Positions 41,312-52,118 of a stretch of DNA of 64,000 bases are shown piece after piece. How positions within the stretch are numbered: position 1 is the first letter of the stretch; each line of letters starts with the position of its first letter. This stretch comes from Nitrosopumilus sp. (lineage in GTDB: Archaea; Thermoproteota; Nitrososphaeria; Nitrososphaerales; Nitrosopumilaceae). The notes under the pieces are model-generated. The model worked only from the letters and a program-made list of their open reading frames with translations. It made no database searches and was not told the DNA's origin. The stretch lies in assembly GCA_965197525.1 (NCBI GenBank), contig OZ240211.1, positions 2,016,001-2,080,000 on the forward strand, given 5' to 3'. Both the position numbers and the translations under genes were made by a program.

Positions 41312-42802
41312 GTGTATACCAGTACGCCATCCCTTGGTATCGTACCCCACAACACAGACAAGACAGACACCATCACAGTCTCTGCATCAGGCACAGTCTC
41401 TGCAGTATCAGTTGCAGTAGACATTACCCATCCATGGAGGGGCGATCTCCTAGTACAACTCGTCTCGCCTGACAACCAGATAGTAACACTGCACAACCGT
41501 GTCGGTGGCTCTGCAGACGACATCACAGAAACATACACGCTTGAATACGGTGATGACGTCTCAATTAGCGGTGACTGGCAGTTGCGCATGAATGACAACT
41601 ATTATCTGGATTCAGGAGTCCTCAACTCTTGGACCCTTACACTCGGTGACGGTACCAACTCTGGCCCCATCACATCAGTAACCGGGTCTGGCAGCCAATA
41701 CCTAGTCACAGTCTCGGCACCAGAGGCGGGCACATACAACTTGGATGTCTCCTCAGACAACAACATTGTGGATTCTGCCTCTAACTCGCTATCTGGCCTT
41801 ACTCCTACTACAGGAGATGATCAATCCTATACTGTTACCTCTTCAATTGACAGAACTCCGCCAACAATTCAACTGGTAGGCCAATCCCCTGCCGATACAG
41901 TTCTTGGCACCCCATACGATGATGCAGGCGCAACATGTACTGATGTAGTCGACGGCGATATCACATCTCAAATCCAGATTACCAATCTGGTAAACACCAG
42001 CCTAGCTGGAACATACACTGTGACCTTTACATGTGACGACAGTGCCGGAAACCCTGCTGCGCCAATCACTAGAACAGTCAACGTCATAGACACGCCACCA
42101 ACTGTTACCTCTATTACCAGATCCAACCCTGCAACCATCTCTACTAATCTCAACACCCTTGAATTTGCAGTACTATTCAGTGAGGCAGTAACAGGCGTCA
42201 GCACAGATGACTTTGAGTTATCCCCTGACAGTCCTGCGTCTAATGCCACTCAAACACTTGTGTATACCAGTACGCCATCCCTTGGTATCGTACCCCACAA
42301 CACAGACAAGACAGACACCATCACAGTCTCTGAATCAGGCACTGTCTCTGATGTATCAGTTGCAGTAGACATTACCCATCCATGGAGGGGCGATCTCTTG
42401 GTACAACTCGTCTCGCCTGACAACCAGATAGTAACACTGCACAACCGTGTCGGTGGCTCTGCAGACGACATCACAGAAACATACACGCTTGAATACGGTG
42501 ATGACGTCTCAATTAGCGGTGACTGGCAGTTGCGCATGAATGACAACTATTATCTGGATTCAGGAGTCCTCAACTCTTGGACCCTTACACTCGGTGACGG
42601 TACCAACTCTGGCCCCATCACATCAGTAACCGGGTCTGGCAGCCAATACCTAGTCACAGTCTCGGCACCAGAAGCGGGCACATACAACTTGGATGTCTCC
42701 TCAGACAACAACATTGTGGATTCTGCCTCTAACTCGCTATCTGGCCTTACTCCTACTACAGGAGATGATCAATCCTATACTGTTACTGCCACTACGCCAT
42801 AA
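41312..42802 (+). CDS. Giant surface protein 2, segment 2 (frameshifted continuation)
   Basis: A 1-bp deletion near 41204 relative to the intact copy at ~42150; two further P-domains; ~950-bp duplicated unit. Confidence 0.8.
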   Translation: MYTSTPSLGIVPHNTDKTDTITVSASGTVSAVSVAVDITHPWRGDLLVQLVSPDNQIVTLHNRVGGSADDITETYTLEYGDDVSISGDWQLRMNDNYYLDSGVLNSWTLTLGDGTNSGPITSVTGSGSQYLVTVSAPEAGTYNLDVSSDNNIVDSASNSLSGLTPTTGDDQSYTVTSSIDRTPPTIQLVGQSPADTVLGTPYDDAGATCTDVVDGDITSQIQITNLVNTSLAGTYTVTFTCDDSAGNPAAPITRTVNVIDTPPTVTSITRSNPATISTNLNTLEFAVLFSEAVTGVSTDDFELSPDSPASNATQTLVYTSTPSLGIVPHNTDKTDTITVSESGTVSDVSVAVDITHPWRGDLLVQLVSPDNQIVTLHNRVGGSADDITETYTLEYGDDVSISGDWQLRMNDNYYLDSGVLNSWTLTLGDGTNSGPITSVTGSGSQYLVTVSAPEAGTYNLDVSSDNNIVDSASNSLSGLTPTTGDDQSYTVTATTP

Positions 42803-42881
42803 TTCCATCTTGCCCAATAACCTTACGTATCAAATAATAAGAACATTCAAAACATGATGACTGTAGCACTAAAACAATGCA

Positions 42882-43679
42882 TCAATATGATTGATGCATA
42901 ATACTGGATAAAAAGATCTTCCCTGCTACAATACCTGTCTCTTTTGCCTGGTTTAAAATCTTGATTGCTTGGTGTTTGCTTTTCTCACTGAGTTTTACGA
43001 TGCTTGCAATCCTTGCAACTCCCTTTACTGGGTCTACTACTGGCATCTTTAGTTCCAACTCTCTGTAAATTAGTCTGTAGCATCTTGCAACATCTTTTCT
43101 TCTAATGTTTATCCCATTGGCAATATCATCCAATGCCCTTGGCGTTTCTGTGTTTCTGCATGATGCATAAAGACAAGCCGCAACTAGGCCTTGAATGGAA
43201 CGACCTCTGACTAGCTTCTTCTCCATTGCTTTTCTATAGATGTATGCAGCTTTTTCTACCACTACGTCAGTTAGTGCAAGTTTGTCCTTTAGCTTGCCCA
43301 TTTCGTTTAGTGCTTGTCTTAGGTTTCTGTCAGATGATGTGTGTGTCTGCGTCCTGCTGTCCCATGCTCTGCGCCTCTCAATGGAACTCTTTACCCCTGC
43401 AGACAGCGGCCTTCCTGTAGAATCTTTGTTTGCGGCTCCAATCACAGTTGACAAGCCCATATCATGCATGGTCAACGATGTTGCAGCCCCTACTCTGGTC
43501 TTTGTTGTCTCGTCATTTGCGAATGAACGCCATTCAGCACCTGCATCTGCAATTTTTTCATTAATTACCAATCCGCATTTACTGCAAAATAATTCCCCTG
43601 TGTTTTGGTCCGTAACTACTTTTTTATCTCCACAAGATGGGCATTTCGAACCTATTGATCCAATTTTACTTTTAAACAT
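42882..43679 (-). pseudogene. tfb: Transcription factor B paralogue, C-terminally truncated
   Basis: Zn ribbon CPSCG...CSKCG, GAEWRSF, LVRGRSI, AACLYASCR; homology stops after AGK and the usual C-terminal DPMGLAAA...VTEVTIRNR part is absent. Confidence 0.8.
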
Positions 43680-43776
43680 GGTGAAAAATAATAGTCATAT
43701 GCCCCATTATTCATTTACTCCAATTCATAAAATGTCATCTTGTACCACGGTATTATTCTAGTTGTTTGGAATGACT

Positions 43777-43816
<40 letters not shown>

Positions 43817-43824
43817 TTGTTAAA

Positions 43825-45321
43825 TCAATTTAACAGACAATATGCATATGACGGAGCATATTCAGGATACATGATGTTATCTTGGTCATCATTATGTGTA
43901 AGACCAATTGAGTGACCTAGCTCATGCGTCATGATATATTCTACACTGTCTACGTCATACAGTTGGAAACTACCATCGCATTTGTAATCCCCTAACACTA
44001 CTTCTACTACGCCTTTTCCAAGATGTGCATGTCCTAGAACTCCTTCTCCAAGATCTCGAACTACCCAAGTTATCCATATGTTTGCCTCGTGTTTGATATC
44101 TGTAACGTTGAATTTTATCTCGGCCTTGTTCTCTTCTGCAAACAATTCCTGACTTTTCCAAAACTCAAATGAATTCTCTAATGTGCTAATATGATCTAAT
44201 GGCAATCCTGATGGCTGTCTGTTGATAAATACATTATATGTAACGATGTATACATCATCTATAATCTCATATGTTGGGTTGGGAAATCTCGCCGATGATA
44301 TTTTTACCTGTTCTTCAAAATTCCATTGTACGTAGTCTCTGAGGAATTTTTTTATGACGTCATTACTGGGATTTGAGTATTCTATGTACCTCTTTTCCTT
44401 TAAAATGTTATTTGTTACGTCTCTTAGATACTGTTTAAAAATCTCAAATTCTTGGTCTATCTCTCTTTGTGATTTTTGAAACTGTATTTGAATCTCTGCT
44501 GGACTCTTTGCAATGATATGTTTGATACCGTTTGAGGCAAACTCTTCGTCACTGACTTGATTTTCAGACCATGACTTTGTATATCGTCTTATCTCCTCTA
44601 GCGTGATTCCATCCTTTGTTATCTCGTATGATGTAATTGGCGGAACTTTGATGATGTTGTTTTCAACTAGATATGCAAATGCTCGCACAAACTCTTTAAA
44701 ACTTGTATCTCCGCTTGTCCACCATCCTGCGACAGTCTTTACCCACTCTGGGATTGATGTTTGGTATTCTGGGATTGATGTTTGGTATTCTGGGTTTAAT
44801 CTTGCAGGTTTTTCTGTGGGGGTGTATGGGTATTTCGTGATTGTTTTACTTATGATGTCTTTGTAGTTGTTGATTGTCACACTGTCAGGTTTTTGGTTTG
44901 ATGCCTCTTCAAAGTATGATGCCGATTCTTGGTACTCTCCTAGATTCCCGAACCCTACTCCCATTCCTATTAATGCTGTTAGGTCATCTGGTTTGTATTG
45001 CAACACCTTGAAGAACTGTTTTAATGAATTCTCATACTCTTGTAGGTTGCTGTATGCTATACCTTTCATATTTAGTGCTTTAATGTTATTTTGGGAGACA
45101 TCCAAGATGTCATCGTATATTGCTATGGCTTCTTTGTATTCTCCCTCTAGTAGATGGTTGTATGCCTGTTCAAACATCAACTGTATGCCTTGATTGTTGT
45201 CAGTTTGGGCGTATGATGTTTTGAATATTAACGATGATGATGATGCACCCAAAACCACCAGTAACACAATGACTACAATTCCGCAGAAGACGCGGTGAGA
45301 TTTTTTTGTAATAGTCTTCAT
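43825..45321 (-). CDS. Secreted/membrane TPR + matrixin (M10-like) zinc metalloprotease
   Basis: N-terminal TM, TPRs, IPEWVKTVAGWW motif, HELGHSIGLTH zinc motif, NIMYP Met-turn. Confidence 0.85.
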   Translation of the reverse strand: MKTITKKSHRVFCGIVVIVLLVVLGASSSSLIFKTSYAQTDNNQGIQLMFEQAYNHLLEGEYKEAIAIYDDILDVSQNNIKALNMKGIAYSNLQEYENSLKQFFKVLQYKPDDLTALIGMGVGFGNLGEYQESASYFEEASNQKPDSVTINNYKDIISKTITKYPYTPTEKPARLNPEYQTSIPEYQTSIPEWVKTVAGWWTSGDTSFKEFVRAFAYLVENNIIKVPPITSYEITKDGITLEEIRRYTKSWSENQVSDEEFASNGIKHIIAKSPAEIQIQFQKSQREIDQEFEIFKQYLRDVTNNILKEKRYIEYSNPSNDVIKKFLRDYVQWNFEEQVKISSARFPNPTYEIIDDVYIVTYNVFINRQPSGLPLDHISTLENSFEFWKSQELFAEENKAEIKFNVTDIKHEANIWITWVVRDLGEGVLGHAHLGKGVVEVVLGDYKCDGSFQLYDVDSVEYIMTHELGHSIGLTHNDDQDNIMYPEYAPSYAYCLLN

Positions 45322-45501
45322 GTATAATTTTTTTTACATACAGTATGATAAATCTAACCGTCTAGTTTATGGTGTTTTTGGCACTTGGATTTCATTATAT
45401 CTAATATCTGCGTGTTAAAAAACATGATATTTTTTTGTGATTTATTTGCATATCTTGGTAACATAACTCCATATATGAAAATCATTCCAGAATGACTAAC
45501 T

Positions 45502-46294
45502 CTATAAAAACAGTTTTGACTCAAATCCTGCTGTAAGTATAATATTGATTCCTATAACCAATGTTATGCCTGCTATGATATATCTTAGATATTTGGCTGC
45601 AAGTTTTATTTTTGGCAATAACATAAACGATATTCCTAAAACGCCACCAGCTAGGGCCATTCCGATTATGCTGCCAACACCAAACAGTATTAAAAAATAA
45701 ACTATTGTGTCAAAACTACTCATGGTGGACGCAACTATTGCAACAAGACTGCCACTTCCTGCAACACCGTGAATACATCCTATGATATATGATTTATGTC
45801 CATGTGTGTGTTCTGTATTATGTACATGAGGATGGGTTGAGATACACCGTTTGCATGCTTATGTGGATGGTTGTGTTCTCGCATTAGGGTGCTTTTATTT
45901 GTAACTGTTAAAATCCCTAACATTATTAGCATGACGCCTACTAGAATCTCTGCACTAAGAAAAAAACTCTCTGATATGCTAAGTGATAGGCCTGCAATTA
46001 GAAGACCTATTATAATTGTGGTAAATGTATGTCCTGCTCCCCATAGCACACCTCTCAGAGAGGAGCTGATGATCAAATTTTTTAGTTTTGTTTTTTTAGG
46101 CTGTTGGTATTGTCATTATTGTCACTGTTGTTGCTTCTTTTGTCATCACCATCTTTGTCTTTCTTTAACACCTGGGTAGATACTGCACTGATATGATCAG
46201 GCTCAAAGGCGTGCACTAGTCCAATCATCAGACCTGCAATTACTATTAAGAGGGGATTACTTGCCTGTAGCATCTCAACTAATGCATTGATCAC
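45502..46294 (-). pseudogene. UreH/NiCoT-like nickel/cobalt transporter with two 1-bp deletions
   Basis: HAFEPDH, WGAGHT, His-rich loop and IHGVAGSG lie in three successive frames; 793 bp plus 2 restores a 264-aa ORF. Confidence 0.8.
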
Positions 46295-46670
46295 TGTACC
46301 ATTACTCCTGTATTTCTGTTGATGCTACTACTAGTACTAGTACTGAAGAAAATATCTATCAATGCATACGGGTATCGTAGCTGGTATGATGTTGTCACTA
46401 TTATTACTATTTGTGGTAATAGTAAAAGTTACCTCTAGTCGTGTCATATCGTCATTTTACTATGTTTATAGAAGATCTATTTTTGCACTTGCGTCATCAT
46501 AATCTGATGAATTCATAATGATACAACAAACAATTCAAGATTTTGTTTACATCCGTCCCTTTTATCTCAAGCATGGTTTAATTTGTAGGGTCCATTTACA
46601 ATCCATCTCATCTTTAATCTGGAATCTGTTTTCGAGACAGTATTTTATACGGGTAACAATCTGCTAAATC

Positions 46671-47618
46671 ATGATTGAGTCTGGCCGTCCTGTCAAAGAC
46701 ATTGAAATAAATTCTGAGACATCAATTGAAGATATCTTTGCAGAACTGTCCCAGTCGGGAGGATTTGAATCAGTAAATCTCTCTGATGGGTTGAAAATTC
46801 TAACAGATATGATATCTGATGAACAATGTCTTAGGTTCATCTCATTTGTAGGCGCTGTAGTGTCCACCGGATTGCGTGGTATCATAAAGGATATGATAAA
46901 GAACAAATGGTTTGATGTTGCAATGGTAACATGTGGTTCACTTGATCACGATATTGCTAGGCATTTCTCACATTACAAGGAAGGTTCCTTTACCATGGAT
47001 GATAATGAATTGGCAGACCAAAATATCCATAGATTAGGCAACGTGCTTGTACCTATGGACAGTTACGGTCCGCTCATTGAAAAAAAGATGCAGATGTTCT
47101 TTGAGGAAGAGTATCAAAACGGTGTCAGGGAGATGACTACTGCACAAATATGCAAGATGATTGGAAAACACTTGGGAGAAGATTCGTATCTTTACTGGGC
47201 CTATAAAAACAACGTTGATGTTATAGTTCCGGGAATAATGGATGGCGCAGTAGGAAATCAAATATGGCTTTTTGCCCAAAAACACAGTGATTTTAAACTG
47301 AATTTGCTAGGTGATGCAGACCTGCTCTCTGGATTGGTATTCAAAGCAAAAAAATCAGGCGCTTTTATGATTGGAGGAGGAATCTCCAAGCATCATACCT
47401 TGTGGTGGAATCAGTATCGTGAAGGATTAGATTATGCATTTTATATTACAACTGCCCAAGAGTTTGATGGCAGTCTTAGCGGCGCACTAGTCAGAGAGGC
47501 AATATCTTGGGGCAAGGTTACACAAAAAGCAAAACAGGCAACATTGCACGCTGAGGCAACTACTGTCTTGCCGTTTATTTACGCAGCCCTTGTCTCAAAG
47601 CTGAAAAAACAAATGTAA
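46671..47618 (+). CDS. dys: Deoxyhypusine synthase
   Basis: STGLRG, IHRLGNV, IGGGISKHH, DGSLSGA...EAISWGK (catalytic Lys). Confidence 0.92.
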   Translation: MIESGRPVKDIEINSETSIEDIFAELSQSGGFESVNLSDGLKILTDMISDEQCLRFISFVGAVVSTGLRGIIKDMIKNKWFDVAMVTCGSLDHDIARHFSHYKEGSFTMDDNELADQNIHRLGNVLVPMDSYGPLIEKKMQMFFEEEYQNGVREMTTAQICKMIGKHLGEDSYLYWAYKNNVDVIVPGIMDGAVGNQIWLFAQKHSDFKLNLLGDADLLSGLVFKAKKSGAFMIGGGISKHHTLWWNQYREGLDYAFYITTAQEFDGSLSGALVREAISWGKVTQKAKQATLHAEATTVLPFIYAALVSKLKKQM

Positions 47619-47785
47619 AAACCTGACACTCATTGCTTTTGAGATTCTGTTTTTATCTTTATGTATAGTCATTAATGTAATTGCTATAGTTCAACCTTTT
47701 GGAGTTTTGGTATTCTACCATTGCATTTAGACTCTAAAAATACAATTTGAAAAGCTAAAAAGCATCACTGGTACACCATAATCAA

Positions 47786-48154
47786 TTGACTTACAAGTTT
47801 AAGCGCATCATGAGTTCCATGCTATTTTTTGTTTTGGCTGGACTCTGTGAGCTGGGTGGGGGATACTTGGTATGGCTTTGGTTGCGTGAGGATTTAGGGT
47901 TTGTACTAGGCGCAATTGGCGGGTTTGTATTATTCTTATATGGTGTAGTCCCCACATTGCAGAAAGTCCCATTTCACAGGGCGTATGCGGCTTATGGTGG
48001 TGTGTTTATTGTAATGGCAGTATTGTGGGGTTGGTTGATTGACGGAATATCTCCTGACAATTCTGATATTCTTGGAGCCATGATTGCAATAGTTGGGGTT
48101 TTGATAATTTTTTATTATCCTAGAGAAAAAAAGGAGGTCAAACCATTTGGTTGA
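47786..48154 (+). CDS. YnfA/UPF0060 (SMR-like) membrane protein
   Basis: [13 protein letters not shown] and [11 protein letters not shown]. Confidence 0.85.
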   Translation: MTYKFKRIMSSMLFFVLAGLCELGGGYLVWLWLREDLGFVLGAIGGFVLFLYGVVPTLQKVPFHRAYAAYGGVFIVMAVLWGWLIDGISPDNSDILGAMIAIVGVLIIFYYPREKKEVKPFG

Positions 48155-48503
48155 AGAAGAAGTAAATCTATTTGCTTTTGGACTGTTCTTTTTTGCAGCA
48201 TTGCTAGAGATTGGCGGCGGCTACCTTGTATGGCGATGGCTGCGTGATCACAAGGGCAAGATCTTGGGCGTCATTGGGGCTCTTGTCTTGTTCTCTTATG
48301 GTGTAGTGATGACATTACAGCCTACAACCTTTGGCAAAGCGTATGCAACTTATGGCGGAATCTTTATCGTTGCATCACTGATGTGGGGATACTGGATTGA
48401 TAAAAAGAGGCCAGACAGATTTGATATTATTGGCTCTGCAGTAGTGTTGATTGGAGTTGCCATCATGTTTTATTCTCCTCAACTACCATTTGATATGATC
48501 TAG
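48147..48503 (+). CDS. YnfA/UPF0060 (SMR-like) membrane protein, second paralogue
   Basis: [29 protein letters not shown]; AGGAGGT Shine-Dalgarno upstream of a TTG start. Confidence 0.85.
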   Translation: MVEEEVNLFAFGLFFFAALLEIGGGYLVWRWLRDHKGKILGVIGALVLFSYGVVMTLQPTTFGKAYATYGGIFIVASLMWGYWIDKKRPDRFDIIGSAVVLIGVAIMFYSPQLPFDMI

Positions 48504-48583
48504 TTCCTTTTACCCGTGATTCTAATCCCTGATACCTGCATCTTGTAAGAAAATCTTTAATTCGTGCCTCAACACATAATTTT

Positions 48584-49039
48584 ATGTTGACAAACATTGG
48601 TACCGGCCAGAGAATCTATGATTTACGTAAAAACATTCAACAGTATCAGCGTGATTTAGACCAATTAAACAGCAAACCTGTATTGGAACTGCCCGAACTT
48701 GTATCTGCCACAAACGTGCTGCGCTCAAACGAATACCTGTCTCAGGTAAATGAAAAAAAGACCGAACTGTTATCATTATACGGACAGTATTCACAATCTT
48801 TGGAAGAACTACTTGCATCTGTCTTTGCGATACAACACGATCTCAAGGAGATACTAAAGGAACAATCCTCTCTTCTCTCTGATCAATTGGCGGTGAGACC
48901 TGGCTCCAAACCAACCGGTGCGCCCAGACGTCGACTAAAATCAAAACCCAAGAAAAAACCAGCAACAAAATCCAAACCAAAACCAAAACCAAAAACTCGA
49001 CTCAAATCAAAACAAAAATCCCGAGTCAAGAGAGGCTAA
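48584..49039 (+). CDS. Hypothetical coiled-coil protein with Lys/Pro-rich tail
   Basis: 151-aa ORF, helical N-terminal part, KSKPK-repeat tail. Confidence 0.65.
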   Translation: MLTNIGTGQRIYDLRKNIQQYQRDLDQLNSKPVLELPELVSATNVLRSNEYLSQVNEKKTELLSLYGQYSQSLEELLASVFAIQHDLKEILKEQSSLLSDQLAVRPGSKPTGAPRRRLKSKPKKKPATKSKPKPKPKTRLKSKQKSRVKRG

Positions 49040-49041
49040 GT

Positions 49042-50058
49042 CTATTCTGATACGTGTACCACATCCCCTGCAATTACCTTGTGTGTTTTGTTGTTTTTCA
49101 ATAATACTATCAGTGCTCCATCCTCATCAATTCTAGATGCCCTTCCTTTGATCTTTTTCTCACCGGCATCTGTATTCAATTCCACATTCTTTCCAATCGT
49201 TGATGATCTTGCTGTCCATTCTGAGATAATTTTTTTGGTCTGTTTTGCACCAAGCAATTTGTAAACCTTCTCCAGCTCTGCCAAAAAAATCTGCACAAGT
49301 TGAATTGGTTTGATATTACTTTTTTGTCCGTCAAGTGATGCCACCCCGTAGAAATTTGGGGTCTCTTTTAATGATTCTTCAATTTGTTGTACATTTACAT
49401 TAAAATTTATACCGACTCCCAAAACCAAACTCTCAATTCTATTTGATTCTAGTAATACATCTACCAACATGCCTGCTATCTTTTTTCCGTTCACTGTTAG
49501 ATCATTTGGCCATTTTAACTCTGGTCTTATTGCACACGTCTTCTCTATTGCTAGTGATAGTGCAAGCGATGATGCTATTGGGAATAACGTTGCCATGGAG
49601 ACATCAAATTTTGGTTGTAGTATCACGGATATCCAAATACCTCCTTTTGGAGAAACCCATCGTCTTTTGTTTCTGCCTCTCCCACGTGTCTGTTTTGCTG
49701 CAACGATTACTGCGCCATCATTTGCCAAATCTTCTGCCATCTTTAGTGCCTGATCTTGTGTGGAGTCAATACTCTCAAAATAGTATGCCGTTTGCCCAAT
49801 GGTATCAGTCTGCAAGTTTGAGGTAATCTCCCACGGTAACAGCATATCAGAGCTAGTTAACAGTCTGTAACCTCTCTTTTGTTTTGACTCTACGGTGTAC
49901 CCCAACTCTCGAATCTTTTTGATATGCTTCCATACTGCAACTCTACTAATTTTCAGAACATCGCTTAGATCCTGTCCTGAAAGATACTCTGTGTCATGAG
50001 CTTGTAAAAACTTGAGTACTCTTACTAGGCCTGTATTATCGCGTGAACTGTAAATCAA
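49042..50058 (-). CDS. birA: Bifunctional biotin-protein ligase/repressor
   Basis: N-terminal HTH (SGQDLS...SRVAVWKHI), QTRGRGR, KWPND, KKIAGML, LGVGIN. Confidence 0.93.
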   Translation of the reverse strand: MIYSSRDNTGLVRVLKFLQAHDTEYLSGQDLSDVLKISRVAVWKHIKKIRELGYTVESKQKRGYRLLTSSDMLLPWEITSNLQTDTIGQTAYYFESIDSTQDQALKMAEDLANDGAVIVAAKQTRGRGRNKRRWVSPKGGIWISVILQPKFDVSMATLFPIASSLALSLAIEKTCAIRPELKWPNDLTVNGKKIAGMLVDVLLESNRIESLVLGVGINFNVNVQQIEESLKETPNFYGVASLDGQKSNIKPIQLVQIFLAELEKVYKLLGAKQTKKIISEWTARSSTIGKNVELNTDAGEKKIKGRASRIDEDGALIVLLKNNKTHKVIAGDVVHVSE

Positions 50059-50093
50059 TTATCATCTGTATTCGTACCTAGTATAAATACACA

Positions 50094-50624
50094 TTAGAAT
50101 CCGACATCAAAGTCAAATCCGCCACCACCACCGTCATCCATTCCTGCATCGCCACCACCACCATCATCTGCTCCCATGTCTGCGCCTTCTGGCATGTGTT
50201 CTGGTGCAACAAAGTCTGACATCGCCATACCCATCATGCTAAACATCATCGAGAACATTATCATGTCCATAACCCCAAAGAACATCATTGTGGGCAGAAT
50301 TGATTTATTATCCTTCATCTCTTGCTTTAGTTTCTCCTTGTCGCCTGCCTTGTAGAATGTTGACATTTGATTCCATTTTGTTCGCAACTCGTAAATGTAA
50401 GCATCCACCTCTCTGGAACCTTTCTCAGTGGATGTCATCTCCACCTTGGTTCCAAACAGCCCCTTTTTCTCCTCTACTTTTATTAGTCCCCGATTCTCTA
50501 GATGCTCTAAAATCAGGTTCAGCTCTTCTGGCTCAACCTGTGTCATTTTCTGAATCTTGTTAAATTTTTTAATTCCATGTGCTATGGCCCCTAGAACTAT
50601 CACCTCTTTTGGCTCTGAATCCAT
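50094..50624 (-). CDS. Hypothetical protein (winged-helix-like N-terminus, Met/Gly/Asp-rich tail)
   Basis: 176-aa ORF; ELNLILEHLENRGLI wHTH-like segment. Confidence 0.65.
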   Translation of the reverse strand: MDSEPKEVIVLGAIAHGIKKFNKIQKMTQVEPEELNLILEHLENRGLIKVEEKKGLFGTKVEMTSTEKGSREVDAYIYELRTKWNQMSTFYKAGDKEKLKQEMKDNKSILPTMMFFGVMDMIMFSMMFSMMGMAMSDFVAPEHMPEGADMGADDGGGGDAGMDDGGGGGFDFDVGF

Positions 50625-50787
50625 ATCTTACTGTTTGAGGAGCGTTTAAAAAATTTTTTGCTTGCTGATTTGGGATGGATCAGACCATGAATCAAATAAT
50701 AATACTCTACAACTCTACATACCTGCCAAGTCATTATCCAAAATCTATGCTCATAAATTATATTTATTATGAATAATTAGTTATTCT

Positions 50788-51207
50788 GTGGAAAGGGATC
50801 CCTTATCTGATGAATCAGTTCGTAACATTCTCTTATCATGCAAGACGATAGCTGTGATAGGAATGTCTAGGGATCCATCAAAAGATGCGCATCATGTACC
50901 AAAATATCTCTTTGAGAACGGATATGACGTCATTCCTGTAAATCCCTCTGCTGACAAAATTTTAGACAAGCCATGCTACAGCTCTATCTCTGATGTGCCC
51001 CAAGACATTGACATCGTTGATATTTTTAGACCCTCTGAACAAGTTTTACCGTTTGTCCAAGCGGCAATCAAGAAAGAACCAAAAGTAATTTGGCTGCAAG
51101 AGGGAATCCATAACACAAAGGCAGAAAAGTTAGCAAGCGAGGCAGGAATCCAGGTAATCTTTAATAGGTGTATAATGGTAGAACATCAGAGGTTACTTGA
51201 TGCCTAG
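50788..51207 (+). CDS. CoA-binding protein (YccU-like)
   Basis: IAVIGMS, VIPVNP, DIVDIFRP, IWLQEGI, NRCIMVEH. Confidence 0.9.
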   Translation: MERDPLSDESVRNILLSCKTIAVIGMSRDPSKDAHHVPKYLFENGYDVIPVNPSADKILDKPCYSSISDVPQDIDIVDIFRPSEQVLPFVQAAIKKEPKVIWLQEGIHNTKAEKLASEAGIQVIFNRCIMVEHQRLLDA

Positions 51208-51565
51208 CTTTGAAGATTTCTATTACGATGTAATCGAACTTGCAAAAAAATACGAGAGTCAAAATGTGCCATTAAAGATAGAGCGAGATCCTGACAGCGA
51301 TACCATTAAGCTGTTTGGTGAAAATATTACCCCTGCAACTAGAGCAAAAAATGGACTTGTTGATATCTCTGAACTTGTATATACGACTGCTGAACACCAT
51401 CCGTACTGGCATCTATTATCTAGTTGTTCTGATGTCGCTGATGTAATATTAGAGAGATGGAATGACTCTCTATCCTCTAAGAATCTATCTGATATAGACT
51501 GGGCTCTGATGAATCTGACTGATTCGCTTGATAAAATCAAGAAAAAACAAGATGATGATTTATGA
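51197..51565 (+). CDS. Hypothetical protein
   Basis: 122-aa ORF overlapping the upstream stop; AOA-like composition. Confidence 0.6.
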   Translation: MMPSFEDFYYDVIELAKKYESQNVPLKIERDPDSDTIKLFGENITPATRAKNGLVDISELVYTTAEHHPYWHLLSSCSDVADVILERWNDSLSSKNLSDIDWALMNLTDSLDKIKKKQDDDL

Positions 51566-52118
51566 TGGTTGCATATCTCTCTCTTTTCAAGTCAAAAAGT
51601 AACTGCATCATTATCGTACAAAAAACAATACTCTAGACGTATACCAACGATGAAAAATTAGCGTAATATTTTCTCATAACGTCCCGATTTGGCAATACGA
51701 TACACTCAACACACATTGATTATGGGTAACGTGGCTGGCTGATTTCATGTTTCAATCTGTACAATACGTTTCAGGTAGATCTCCTCGGCAGACGCCTGTT
51801 TGCATGCACCCAGACCGAAATCTTCTGGGTGTAGCCTCATGAGACTGTGGACCAGAATCAGAGGATCATTTGAGGATCCCTGTGACAGGCATGCCCGGAG
51901 TGCGCATGACACGCTGGAACGAGTGCGCAGCAGTATGCGTGGCAAGTACAGTGATGATTTGGACAACGCCAAAACTCAGAAAATCTTTAAAACGAGTACG
52001 CATGGATACCTGCGCCGTTAACTGCGTATCTTCTCACAACCTAGAACTGATAAAAGAAAAAACAGATTTCAGGCTACGATTCGAAAATTTGCCAGCACAA
52101 AAGAGGTGCCATGTGATA

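Noticed and set aside
51947-51960. TACAGTGATGATT as left inverted repeat matching the IS630 right end (AATCATCACTATA near 54260), which would make a composite element carrying fic
   Set aside because: Only ~13 bp with one mismatch and diverging immediately; could be chance.
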